From Promethearchaeota archaeon (GTDB lineage Archaea; Asgardarchaeota; Thorarchaeia; Thorarchaeales; Thorarchaeaceae), in the NCBI GenBank assembly GCA_014728035.1, contig WJMJ01000078.1:145036-209035 (forward strand): a DNA stretch of 64,000 bases, written 5' to 3'. Each line of letters begins with the position of its first letter. Position 1 is the stretch's first letter. Both the position numbers and the translations under genes were made by a program. The notes under the pieces are model-generated. The model did no database searches. It was given only the letters and a program-made list of their open reading frames with translations, and had not been told where the DNA came from. Shown here in pieces: positions 38,089-48,500 of the stretch.

Positions 38089-39360
38089 ATGAGTTATAGA
38101 GAATATGAGTTGAATGATTTGGTCAGCACAAATATTGAAGCAATTCTAATAATTGAAAGAGGCTCAGGTTTACCATTACTTCTTCAAAAGCTGGACCCTA
38201 GAGTAATTGAGATTGATCCCGCGTTAGTATCCGGATTTCTATTTGCAATTCAAGCTTTCTCTGCAGAAGTAATGGAAAAAGGCTCAACCGAGTTTCAGAT
38301 AAACTATGGGAAAAAACTATTCACAGTCATTGTTGGGGAGAGTGCAATGGTTGTAGCTATTAACTCAGGAGGATGGAGTGATGAAGTCACCCCCATTGTA
38401 ACTGATCTTCTTGATGAATTTGAGAGGGACTGGTATCTTGGGATTGAGATGCATGGTGGGGATCAAATCTATGATGATTTTAAGCCGAGAATCATTGAAA
38501 GATTGGGCTTGCAAAATGTTTCATTGGATTGGATTCCATACTTTAAGACAAATGATGTTTCAACAGAACAGGCAGTGCATGTTCAAGACCATATAAATGG
38601 CGAACTGGCAATTGGAGAGATACTCAAGAGATGTGAATCTAACGATGATGAAGTATTGATGGAAATATCAAGGCTTTGGGCCAATGGCGATATTGGATTC
38701 AAAAATACCTTAGAGCGTTGTGATATTGTAATTCCAACTCAGAAGCTTTTCAGATATATTCAATCACACACTCAAGAGCGAGAGGAATTGAAACAATTTT
38801 CCTCAAAGTTAGTACAGATTCTTCCAAGAGTCATTCAACATTTTGATGGAAAATCCACCATAGACCAAATACTTCAAGGTCAGCCAAATCACCTCTATGA
38901 GCTATTAGATTTTCTACTAAGTAAGAGAGCCCTAGAGATATTATCAGCAGAAAAGAAACGAATTCTACTAGCTAAAGAATTACTTGAGAGATGTCTTGAT
39001 GTAGCTGAAGATGTATACTCTAAACAGGAGGCAAGATTATCTCTTGAAAGAGCACTTGACCACATTGAAGAACCAGAGATAATTACGCAAGTACATCTAG
39101 TGGAAGACAATGAGTGGAAAATTGACTACGGATTCTTGGTGTATGATGGATTAACACCCAAAAGAGTGATGGAAATCCACGCAATATGGTTAAAGCTTCT
39201 AAAACAATATGTAAAAGAGTTGCCAAACAAGAAGAAATCGAAATATATTGAAGAACTTGTTTCCACACTACAAATCGAGTTTTTTGACAGATATGCATCG
39301 GATGAGCTTGAAGGTGTGGTCGAGTTTTCATTTAGTCTAGAAGCACATCTAGAACAATAA
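38089..39360 (+). CDS. Longin-like N-terminal domain protein with wHTH-like middle region
   Basis: AILIIERGSGLPL...DPALVSGFLFAIQAFSAEV; INGELAIGEI; FDGKSTIDQI. Confidence 0.7.
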   Translation: MSYREYELNDLVSTNIEAILIIERGSGLPLLLQKLDPRVIEIDPALVSGFLFAIQAFSAEVMEKGSTEFQINYGKKLFTVIVGESAMVVAINSGGWSDEVTPIVTDLLDEFERDWYLGIEMHGGDQIYDDFKPRIIERLGLQNVSLDWIPYFKTNDVSTEQAVHVQDHINGELAIGEILKRCESNDDEVLMEISRLWANGDIGFKNTLERCDIVIPTQKLFRYIQSHTQEREELKQFSSKLVQILPRVIQHFDGKSTIDQILQGQPNHLYELLDFLLSKRALEILSAEKKRILLAKELLERCLDVAEDVYSKQEARLSLERALDHIEEPEIITQVHLVEDNEWKIDYGFLVYDGLTPKRVMEIHAIWLKLLKQYVKELPNKKKSKYIEELVSTLQIEFFDRYASDELEGVVEFSFSLEAHLEQ

Positions 39361-39444
39361 TCGGGCAAACAGTATATCACAATGAAAATTATATCCTCTT
39401 TCATATTGTAACAATTTGCTGGGGACTATCAGAGAGGTGTCCAA

Positions 39445-40179
39445 ATGCCTGAAATTAATCCTGAAAAAGCTGTTGAAGTTAAACCCGGGGTTTGGTGGGT
39501 CGGATGGCCAGACCATGAAGCGGGCTTTTCCAATAATCCATACTTAATTCTCGAAGGAGAAGAAGCAATACTTCTCGATCCAGGTTCACGTCTGGATATT
39601 CATTGGAATTGGGTGAAAACAAAAATCGAATCGATCATACCGATTGAGAAAATTACAATGGTAATTGTGCATCATCAAGATCCAGACCTATGTGCTGCAA
39701 TACCACTTGTAGAAGAAATTGTAGGCGTGAATAATTTCGAGATTGTAACTACCGAGAGATCTGCACTCTTCGTACCATACTACGGAGTGAAGACAGAAGT
39801 TACTGCTGTTTCGGATGGTGAAAGTATTGAGATTGGAGAAGAGGGACGCGAGCTATTCTTCATTACCACACCGTATCTGCATTTTCCTGGAGCAATGGTC
39901 ACGTATGACACAAAAGAAAAGATTCTGTTCTCCTCAGATATATTCGCAGGATTTTCCATTGATTGGTCACTATATGCTAACGAGTATTATCTTGAGGCAA
40001 TGAAAGTCTTTTCTCAACCATATCTATCAGACCAAAGACATGTACATAATTTTCTAAGAAAGATAGAAGGACTGGAACTCGAGATGATTTGTCCGCAACA
40101 TGGATCAATCATTCCAAAAGAGCAAATCGACCAAGCGGTCGAAACTCTCAGAAACTTGGAGGTGGGAATATGGCAGTGA
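39445..40179 (+). CDS. Oxygen-binding di-iron (ODP)/FprA-like MBL-fold protein, no flavodoxin domain
   Basis: NPYLI, LLDPGS, HHQDPDLC, TPYLHFPG, LFSSDIF, CPQHG. Confidence 0.85.
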   Translation: MPEINPEKAVEVKPGVWWVGWPDHEAGFSNNPYLILEGEEAILLDPGSRLDIHWNWVKTKIESIIPIEKITMVIVHHQDPDLCAAIPLVEEIVGVNNFEIVTTERSALFVPYYGVKTEVTAVSDGESIEIGEEGRELFFITTPYLHFPGAMVTYDTKEKILFSSDIFAGFSIDWSLYANEYYLEAMKVFSQPYLSDQRHVHNFLRKIEGLELEMICPQHGSIIPKEQIDQAVETLRNLEVGIWQ

Positions 40180-40496
40180 CAATCAAACAGATTGAGGATA
40201 TGATTAGCACTCTTGTTGCGAGAGGACTCGGAATATATGGACGGGAAAAGATGGGAGAAATTTGTTTGACATCCGGTGTTGCATTGCTAGACGATAATAC
40301 TACTGACTGGCTTACAGAAGATATCGAAACGGCATTGAACAAATTTCTTGTAAACTATGCGAAATTCAATATAGCTGCAAAAATGACGGTTATGGTATTA
40401 GCTAAAAAATATGGAATCGAACTTCCAGAAGAGCTTCAAAGGAAGAAGAAACGTAAATCAAAATTCAGAAGATTACTAGAAAAAGTAAGAGGATAA
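40170..40496 (+). CDS. Small hypothetical protein, translationally coupled to the ODP gene
   Basis: SD GGAGGTG before ATG 40170, overlapping the upstream stop; Lys/Arg-rich tail. Confidence 0.7.
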   Translation: MAVTIKQIEDMISTLVARGLGIYGREKMGEICLTSGVALLDDNTTDWLTEDIETALNKFLVNYAKFNIAAKMTVMVLAKKYGIELPEELQRKKKRKSKFRRLLEKVRG

Positions 40497-40501
40497 TAAT
40501 A

Positions 40502-40525
40502 GAAGAGGGAAGAGTTTTCCTCTTC
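40502..40525. terminator. Hairpin between convergent genes
   Basis: GAAGAGG...CCTCTTC inverted repeat. Confidence 0.45.
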
Positions 40526-40537
40526 CCCAAATTTACA

Positions 40538-41884
40538 TCAAATCGAGTCTGCGATGGCTTTGTCAAGACGTTCAACCGCATCATCAATATCTGCTTTTGT
40601 GATTACATAACTGGGTGTGAAACGGATGCAATTTTGCCCAGCACCTAAAATCCAAAGTTGATGCTTTTGCACAGCAGTCTTAACAATTTTATCACGAAGC
40701 TTTGGTGCCTTTTCCTTTGACTTCTTGTCTTTAACAAATTCTACACCAACCATCAAGCCAAGACCACGAACATCCCCAATGACCTCGTACTTGTCTTTAA
40801 GCTCATTTAGACGTTTTATGAGATAAGCACCGTTTTCAGTATTCTTCTTGAGATAGTCACCGTCTTCAATCTGTTTTATTGTCCAGAGTGATAAAAGAGA
40901 CATCTTTGGTTCTGCAGAGAATGTTTCAGAGTGACGAGATCCTTCTGTATACATAGGTGAAGGCCCAATAGAAGCACCCATTGGATACCCGCCACCAAGA
41001 GCTTTAGCCATTGAAACATAATCTGGAACGACACCATGATTTTCCATTGCACACCATTTGCCAGTTCTGCCCATCCCAGCTTGAACTTCATCTGACATGA
41101 AATACGCATCAATTTCCTTTGTTACGTCGTAGAATCCTTGTACTGCTTTAGAAGGAGGTACAATTAGTCCACCCTCACCACAAAGAGGCTCCATGACTGT
41201 AGCAGCAATATCATTTCCTTCCACCTGGAGAGCGTATCGTAAAGCTTCTACACATTCTAGACTACAATCTTCCTCATTAGTGCCATAGGGACAACGATAG
41301 CAATAGGGATAGAAGACCCGAACTACATCCACCCCTTGTGGAAATCCTGATTTGTGTTTAGAATTGGAAGAGGTCAGTGCAAGGGCATACCCAGTTCGTC
41401 CATGAAATGCAGGACGAAATGCTACAAATCTACGTTTGCCTGAAAGGTCCATTGCAGATTTCATACATCCTTCAACTGCACGCCCACCTGAAGTGGTAAA
41501 TACAACGCGCTTTTTGTGATCGCCAGGAGTAAGAGTTGCAACCTTTTCTGCAAGCAAAGTCTGGGGAATTGCATCAAAATCCATTCCTGGTAGTTCCTTA
41601 ATCACATCGTTAATCTTTTCTTCGAATTCCAAGTAAGGTTTGTACCTCAGACCAAGAGCCCGAACCGCAACCCCACCAGTTACATCAAGATATTCCGTGC
41701 CCTCAACATCGAAAATTCTAACTCCTTCACCACGTGTATGGTCAAGGCAACCATATACAGCACGGTCTTGTGTAGTTAGTGCAAGAGCTTCTGATGCTCT
41801 CTGCTTCCAATAGTCGTTGGTCATATTTTTTGGATCTATATCAAATCCCAAATCTTTGAGAATTTGTATGTGCTTATCGTCCAT
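40538..41884 (-). CDS. Class III PLP aminotransferase (GABA/ornithine type)
   Basis: AFHGRT, EPLCGEGG, DEVQAGMGRTG, MAKALGGG, VRGLGLM; start set at MDDKH. Confidence 0.92.
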   Translation of the reverse strand: MDDKHIQILKDLGFDIDPKNMTNDYWKQRASEALALTTQDRAVYGCLDHTRGEGVRIFDVEGTEYLDVTGGVAVRALGLRYKPYLEFEEKINDVIKELPGMDFDAIPQTLLAEKVATLTPGDHKKRVVFTTSGGRAVEGCMKSAMDLSGKRRFVAFRPAFHGRTGYALALTSSNSKHKSGFPQGVDVVRVFYPYCYRCPYGTNEEDCSLECVEALRYALQVEGNDIAATVMEPLCGEGGLIVPPSKAVQGFYDVTKEIDAYFMSDEVQAGMGRTGKWCAMENHGVVPDYVSMAKALGGGYPMGASIGPSPMYTEGSRHSETFSAEPKMSLLSLWTIKQIEDGDYLKKNTENGAYLIKRLNELKDKYEVIGDVRGLGLMVGVEFVKDKKSKEKAPKLRDKIVKTAVQKHQLWILGAGQNCIRFTPSYVITKADIDDAVERLDKAIADSI

Positions 41885-42031
41885 AGCTGTCACAATCCGT
41901 ATAGGCAAGTCTGTTCGGGATAATTCTCTATTATCTAATTTGTGATGCAGGCGTCTTTTTCTCAAAGAGTCTAATTCATATTCAAAAAGAGGTAAGAAGG
42001 ACCGCTCTTTGCGGCCCCACTATTTCAAAGG

Positions 42032-42367
42032 TTAAGCTAATACCATCAAGATGGCACCAATAATGATGAGAATTCCAGGAAGGCCGCCACCAAAGATGTA
42101 AACAAGTATACCAAGGATGAGAATAATCACCCAGTTGTTATCGAACTTGAGCATTGGAATGCTAACTACACCACTCGTAGCAAGTACAGCAAAAGATAAG
42201 ATAATGAGAATTATTGCAGTAAAAATACCCAAAACGCTCAGGTCAATACCCGGTAATCCAAAAGTAAAAGGCATATTAAGGAGAGCAAGAATACCCCAAA
42301 CTACTCCAAGAATTCCACCAAGCAATACTAGTAGATTTGCCAGTTTTTTAATGTCAGATTTTGCCAT
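42032..42367 (-). CDS. Small hydrophobic membrane protein (paralog of the upstream gene)
   Basis: About 4 TM helices, LLGGI motif. Confidence 0.75.
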   Translation of the reverse strand: MAKSDIKKLANLLVLLGGILGVVWGILALLNMPFTFGLPGIDLSVLGIFTAIILIILSFAVLATSGVVSIPMLKFDNNWVIILILGILVYIFGGGLPGILIIIGAILMVLA

Positions 42368-42403
42368 TATTGTTTCCTCGTTTTTCTACGTTTCAATATG
42401 CGT

Positions 42404-42772
42404 CTAAGACTTGGTTATAATTAGAAGCCCTGCTATTAGAATCATTAGCCCTGCAAGAGTTCCTACATTCATAAGCCAACCAATTATGTCAAAGGACAAT
42501 CCACGACCAACTAAGATAATTGCAACAAATCCAATTATTGTCAGTAGTAATCCATTTCTGTGTATCATCCAATAGACAAAACCACAGGCATCAAACGCAA
42601 GAATTGCCATCACTAAGAGTGCAATTCCTAAAACTAATGTTACAACTCCGTCAAAAATTCCGTTAAGTATCTGGTTTAATCCATTGATAATATCGTTAAG
42701 AGCAAATATGATCAATACAATTCCACCAAGAAGTGTATAACCTTGTGCAGCTCCTTCTGCTTTACAACCCAT
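42404..42772 (-). CDS. Small hydrophobic membrane protein
   Basis: About 4 TM helices, LLGGI motif. Confidence 0.75.
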   Translation of the reverse strand: MGCKAEGAAQGYTLLGGIVLIIFALNDIINGLNQILNGIFDGVVTLVLGIALLVMAILAFDACGFVYWMIHRNGLLLTIIGFVAIILVGRGLSFDIIGWLMNVGTLAGLMILIAGLLIITKS

Positions 42773-43002
42773 GTTTCCTCGTTCCTAGTGAGGTAGTTAG
42801 GTGAAATAGGACAATTATGTCCATAACCCAAGTCCTCGACTACTTTGTTAATGAAGAAGATAAGGTAAATACTTACCGATGAATTAGAAAACGATTTCGA
42901 CAAATGCCGTTTTCATCTATAAGTCCTATCTAGGTAATACACAGATTGGTATTAGTGTGTGATAGAGAATCTATAGAGAATACTAGGATTGAGGTAGTCA
43001 TC

Positions 43003-43872
43003 ATGAGATATCCATCATATGGAGAAGATAAACGAAGTGCACGTCCAGTGAGACTTGACAAGACTGAAGGTCATATTGTCATTGAAGGGCGGACATATCC
43101 AGCAAGAGAAATAGTTGAAGCTCTAGCTCAGAGTGGATATGCAGAAATCAAATCGGATGGCGACTCCCTAGTATTAGGAAGAAGAAGGATCACACCAATA
43201 TTCAAATCGAGCCAAGAGCGCGCAATGGCATCTTTGTGTCATGGTAGTCTAGCATACTGCTGCCCTCTTTCAAAAAGGTGTGCTCAACGAAATCGAGCAC
43301 TAGAAATGTTAGGCCTCACAAAAGAAGATTATGCAAGAATAAAGGATGACACTCATCATCATTATATCGAAGTAGCAAAAGGTTTGGTAAAAACGAGAGA
43401 TTCTCACTACGACCAACCAAGAAGATCAGCAAATCAACCAGCAGTTGATCGAGGATATGGTAGAGATGATTATCGTGAGGGTTTTGATGCTATTGAGCGA
43501 ATGATTCAGGAGCGATCAAAACAACGAGATAGTAGAAGAAAATGGACCTCGGAAGCTCATGCACCCCAATCCCGGCAAAGAGAACATAACCCTCAGTATC
43601 CCAAACGTGAACAACAAAATCCATTCACAGATGTAGATGAAGAAGGATACCTTGCGGATGAACGAAAATCTTCAGTCCATTTACCAAGAGGTGCATCTTG
43701 TAGTTGCCCAGAAGAGGAGGAGGTTGAAGGTTTAGGTTCATTATTTATGCGAGGCGAACTAAGTCCATTCAGCGAAGATTCGAAAGAAGATACAACAAGA
43801 TTCTGTTTCTCATGTGGTAGAACTATCAAAGCAGGGAAAAGAGAATGCCCTTACTGTGGAGCCTTAAGATAG
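43003..43872 (+). CDS. Protein with methanogenesis-marker-9-like Cys domain and C-terminal zinc ribbon
   Basis: LCHGSLAYCC...KRC..R..AL..LGL..EDY..IK; FCFSCG...CPYCG; SD GAGGT before ATG 43003. Confidence 0.65.
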   Translation: MRYPSYGEDKRSARPVRLDKTEGHIVIEGRTYPAREIVEALAQSGYAEIKSDGDSLVLGRRRITPIFKSSQERAMASLCHGSLAYCCPLSKRCAQRNRALEMLGLTKEDYARIKDDTHHHYIEVAKGLVKTRDSHYDQPRRSANQPAVDRGYGRDDYREGFDAIERMIQERSKQRDSRRKWTSEAHAPQSRQREHNPQYPKREQQNPFTDVDEEGYLADERKSSVHLPRGASCSCPEEEEVEGLGSLFMRGELSPFSEDSKEDTTRFCFSCGRTIKAGKRECPYCGALR

Positions 43873-43895
43873 AGGCTCACAGTAAGCTGAAAAAT

Positions 43896-44927
43896 CTAGT
43901 AATTACCAATAGCCGCCTCACGGCGAATGGAGTAATCTGTGGGATAGCTGAAAGTTGAGATAAATCTAGTAACACCAGCTTCTTTTCCGAGGGCAGCTAG
44001 CTCATCAAACTGATCGATAGTGGAAATGCCCCATCGAAACAAAGATACCGAACCACCCCTTCGTTTGAATTCATTGGTGAAATACAGAGATTCGATCAAT
44101 TCATTGTACTCTTTACTCCCTTTTGAAGGTAGCAAAGGAGACCAAGGATATAGATTGATAGCAATACTTCCAGTAGTTTGATTTATCCGTTGGTAATCAT
44201 ATCCATATTCAGCTTTTGCACCCTCTGAGAAGCCAGTTTCTGCATCAAGAAGGACCTCTGCAGTAATCCTAAGGGGTTCTTCGCGGCCCATTTGAGCATC
44301 AACATCCTGCGCAGCTTCTTTGAGATATCCTAATCCTGAAATGACCTTATCCTGACGCCATTCATGCCACTTCTTTCGATAATCATCATTTTCGATAATA
44401 TATTCAAATGTCAATCTATCTGGTTCCTGTCCTACCAAAGGTGCGAATTCATTTCTACATCGTTCACAAAAACAAAACTTCTCACGAATGAATCCAGAAC
44501 CAAATACGAGAATCTCATCAATTGGATACGAGCCCAGCTCTTTTACTATCTCTGCACCATATTGCCAATATTCTTCACGGTTAGGACAGATTTGATGAGC
44601 CATGGTTTTTCCTTTTGGAGTCATAGTCTGATATTTGGGATCCTTCGCAAACCATCCATCAGTATAGAAATCCATACTTACAACAGTCTTAATATCAAGA
44701 GCATCTGTAAGGTTAATCCATTCCTCAAAGAACCCTGTGAATGTATCCTCAACAGGTGCTGTTCGGCTTGGATAGATTGTGTAGCCATTAGGCCGTTTTC
44801 CAACAAGACCAATCTCTGTACAATATGAGGCGTATGTCGATAGGAATTCCTTTGCACCCATCTCTACATCCTCAGGCTTGAATAAGATATTGAGCTTTTT
44901 CATAAAGAACTCGCGCCAGTTTGTCAT
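43896..44927 (-). CDS. Glycoside-hydrolase-like TIM barrel (GHL10/DUF187-like)
   Basis: ICPN..EY, CFCERCR..F, W.EWR, YGYDY. Confidence 0.6.
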   Translation of the reverse strand: MTNWREFFMKKLNILFKPEDVEMGAKEFLSTYASYCTEIGLVGKRPNGYTIYPSRTAPVEDTFTGFFEEWINLTDALDIKTVVSMDFYTDGWFAKDPKYQTMTPKGKTMAHQICPNREEYWQYGAEIVKELGSYPIDEILVFGSGFIREKFCFCERCRNEFAPLVGQEPDRLTFEYIIENDDYRKKWHEWRQDKVISGLGYLKEAAQDVDAQMGREEPLRITAEVLLDAETGFSEGAKAEYGYDYQRINQTTGSIAINLYPWSPLLPSKGSKEYNELIESLYFTNEFKRRGGSVSLFRWGISTIDQFDELAALGKEAGVTRFISTFSYPTDYSIRREAAIGNY

Positions 44928-45022
44928 GTTTGAAACCCCTTTTTATTTTTCGAATCTATTATCAGCTATTTACCAAAGGAACGAGCCCGTATTTATGGAT
45001 TGTTAGCTGATACAGGTAATTT

Positions 45023-45427
45023 TCAGGTTTTTTTAGTTTTTACACGTGGTTCTGAGATAAAACCTATCCGATTTCCATCAGGGTCGTGTGCAATTAGGAT
45101 GGAAACCATGTTCGGGATATCATTAATTGGTTCTGTCTTCACCTTATGCTCTAGCAGATACCTTTCGGTCTTGTCTAAATCAAGTGTATCAAAATAAATT
45201 ATCCCTGAGCCTGGAGTCACCTCACCTTCACGAAGGAGATTAAGACCGAGTCGAGTGCCTGGAACAGGTAAATCAAGCTGACACCAGCCAACCTCATCAC
45301 CGCCATCCCAAGTAACTTCGAGGCCGAGTACACGGTGGTAGAATTCCTTTGCACGCTCTAGATCTTTCACATCTAGCTCAAAGTAAATCGAATCCTTTCG
45401 CACAAGTTTTTCAAATAGTTCTGACAT
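45023..45427 (-). CDS. VOC/glyoxalase family protein
   Basis: YFELDVKDLERAKEFY..VLG, HDPDGNRIG. Confidence 0.92.
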   Translation of the reverse strand: MSELFEKLVRKDSIYFELDVKDLERAKEFYHRVLGLEVTWDGGDEVGWCQLDLPVPGTRLGLNLLREGEVTPGSGIIYFDTLDLDKTERYLLEHKVKTEPINDIPNMVSILIAHDPDGNRIGFISEPRVKTKKT

Positions 45428-45524
45428 GCTTTCATAAATATGCCGTGATATTTATTTCTTACAGAGTTTCCTATTCATTTAGTCGAATAGTATGAGCATG
45501 GAGATAGGTGAATCTATTCAATAG

Positions 45525-48500
45525 CTAGAAGAACTGATCAAGTGTGGTGAATCCTAGAAGTTCTTCAAAGTCAATTCCTACTGATTCAAGAACCTGCCCA
45601 AATACAGATTTCAAAGTGTCCATATATTTATCCTTGTCAAGCCAGTAGGCTTTCTGCTCTGCCATTTGAACTGGTAGCACACCTTCATTGTCTTTGGTCT
45701 TGATGTACTCAATTATGGTGCCAGCTGGAACAGGGTATCCAGCTTCCTCTAACATCATCGCTGCCTTAACATGTTGGGGTTTTACCTTCCCATATTGTGA
45801 AACATCTTTTGTCATTTGCACTCGAAAAGCAAGATCACTTGGTGAGTAAGGTTCGGTCTTTCCTTCTAAACGGTCTAGAACAGCGTTTACAACTTCACGG
45901 ATATATTCCTTTGCGGTTTCAAAGCCAGTAGGAGAATCAACCTCGCTCAAAATCTCCAACATGTCACGAAATGCATCCTGAACAAAATCAGGGGTGTTTC
46001 GCTTCTTACCACTGAGCCCTTTCACTTCAACATACCCAGATTGATATACTCCAATGTAGTTCTTTTTCCGATCAGACAATGCAACATATTTGTATGTCTT
46101 CTCAACTTCTAAATCGATGCCTAGAACTGTACGTGACCATTCTATCAGTTCTGCTTGCTGTTCTTTAGTAGGGGCGTCTAAGAAAACAGAGTCTGTGTTA
46201 TGAAGTAGAATTCCACCAAGACCACCACAAAAGTGATGATTGGCAGTTTCCAAATCATGAACAAACCCATCGATATCAAATTCTTCAATCGCAATTATTC
46301 TAAGTGGAGTTCTCTTTCGTGGGTTAGATTTTCTTATACGTACTCTAATGAAATTGGTTTTATCAGGTCGTGTTGATAGATAATAATCATAATCTAGTCG
46401 AGTAAGAATCATTGTTAGTCCTTGAAGAAGAGAAAAATCGATGGAGCCAAAACTGATAGAACCACCTTGAGTTTCATGACCATCACCTGCAAGGTAACCT
46501 TTCAAAAATGATTCCTGAGATTCTTTACATGCATCTAGGATAAATGACGGAACTATTTTCTCGCGAGAATGCTTTGAATGACAACATTCAAAGAAAGTGA
46601 TAATTCTTTCAAAATCACATTTAGCTGTGAGATAGCTCATACCATCTGAAGCATCAATAATAGCCGATGGAAAACCAAATTGCCATAAAATATTTTGACC
46701 CTTCTCCAATAAGGTTCTATCCTGATTTGCGATTCTCCAACTCTTTTTTCTTTTTACACCCTCACCATATCTACCAGATGTGCCATCTGCTGCATAGAAA
46801 CCTAATATCCAAGCAAGATCCAAATTGACAACGTTCTGTCCATCAAGACAGGGTTCGTACCTTTCAATTTCATCACCAACACTCAAATTCTTTGGACTGA
46901 CCTCTTTTCCGCCAACAACTAGGGAATGGTCTTCTGTAGTTTCAACGTACCCTTTATCGGTCAGTATTCGAAATCCTTTTTTCTTGACTTTGTGGCGATA
47001 TGAATAAACAACTCTACTCCACCCTTCTTCGGTCCAGACCTCGATATCTTCTTTAATTTCTCGTCTTGCATTTGTATTTGATTTGCTCCAATGTAAATCT
47101 TCTATTGGAACAACCTGTAGAACTCCATCTCGTTTTATCATAACAGGAGTGTTTGGTAAAACACTGTCGCCGTATAATACTCGAACACCCATGGATTCGG
47201 CTTTTTGTTTCGTCTTGACTATAGCATCTCGTCCATATGCGGTTACACTCTCAGCAGCAGGCATACAGAACAGCTCAAAATGTTGGGCTCCTGTAACCCC
47301 ATAGCTATTATGAACCACAATGCCATGTGTAGCAACAAATAAGCCATTTTCAGTTTCCAAGTCGAATGTTTCTACCTCATGAGAACTCATTTCAATGGAT
47401 CTAATACGAACGGGAAATGTCCCATGAAAATCAACGGAAGCGAGATTCGGATTTGTAGACTTCGATTCCTTTCGCTCTACAACAACGAACATGTTTTCCT
47501 CATTATGAATAGAGGCATTGACTCCCAAGGAGCCAATTAGTACTAACAGGTCACTAGCTAAACTTTGACTGGATGTTGAGTAGCGACGGGCTCTAAAATC
47601 ATTGAAATTGCCATCAGCCTTAGAAAACGTGTCTAGTAATATCTGTGCTCTTTGAGAATCAAGTAGTTCAAATGGAATTCTCTTGTTTTCGGACCTGGAG
47701 CCGCATATCGACTTAAGTAAGGTAACCAGAACTTTAGAGTAACTAGCATAATCTTTCTCGTGGTATATTGCAAATGGCGGCTCCATTCTGGTAAGTAATG
47801 GGCCAGACCCACGGATACAGGCGGGATTGACTTCTGAATATTGTGATATACTAACGTGATTTACACCAATGCTTTCCTCTGAGAGATACCATCCCAAAAG
47901 TTTGAAGAAGTCATCATTAAGGTCAATTTGTAGGTAGTGCCATTCATCAGCTTCTTCCCACATTTCTTGGTTGATAATCAGCTTGCCATAAAGAGGAATA
48001 GACTTGGAAGTATCTGCAGAGAGTGTTTCTTTTGCATAGTCTGAAAGACTGTCCCACTTAGCGCTGTACCATTTGTTTTCCTCAGAATATTCAAACTCAT
48101 TATCAATTACCTTGATTATTGTTTGATCACAGTACTGTGTCTTTTGAGAGGAATACTTGCAATAATCTTGTTTCTTGATTCCAACAAAAAGGGTATCAGT
48201 TTCAATGAAGTCAGGAACAAAGAGTTTTTCTGGCGGATTGCTTGTAAGAGGAATCTTTGTATGAATTAGTATTTCGTCATTATTTCGTAAATCCTCTGCT
48301 GCCACATAGCTGAGCTTCAAAGACTCCTTAGTGATACACTCTTGCTTTTTTCTAATTCGTTTAGATGACAGTTTTGGTATTACATGATTAGGTGTACAAC
48401 GAATAGTCCGACCGTCCCGAAGGCGGATAGTAAGAATTTTCGATTTTCCGCTCCGCCTAAACCCCTTGATAGGTACAAAGACAGACTTACCAAATGTTGG

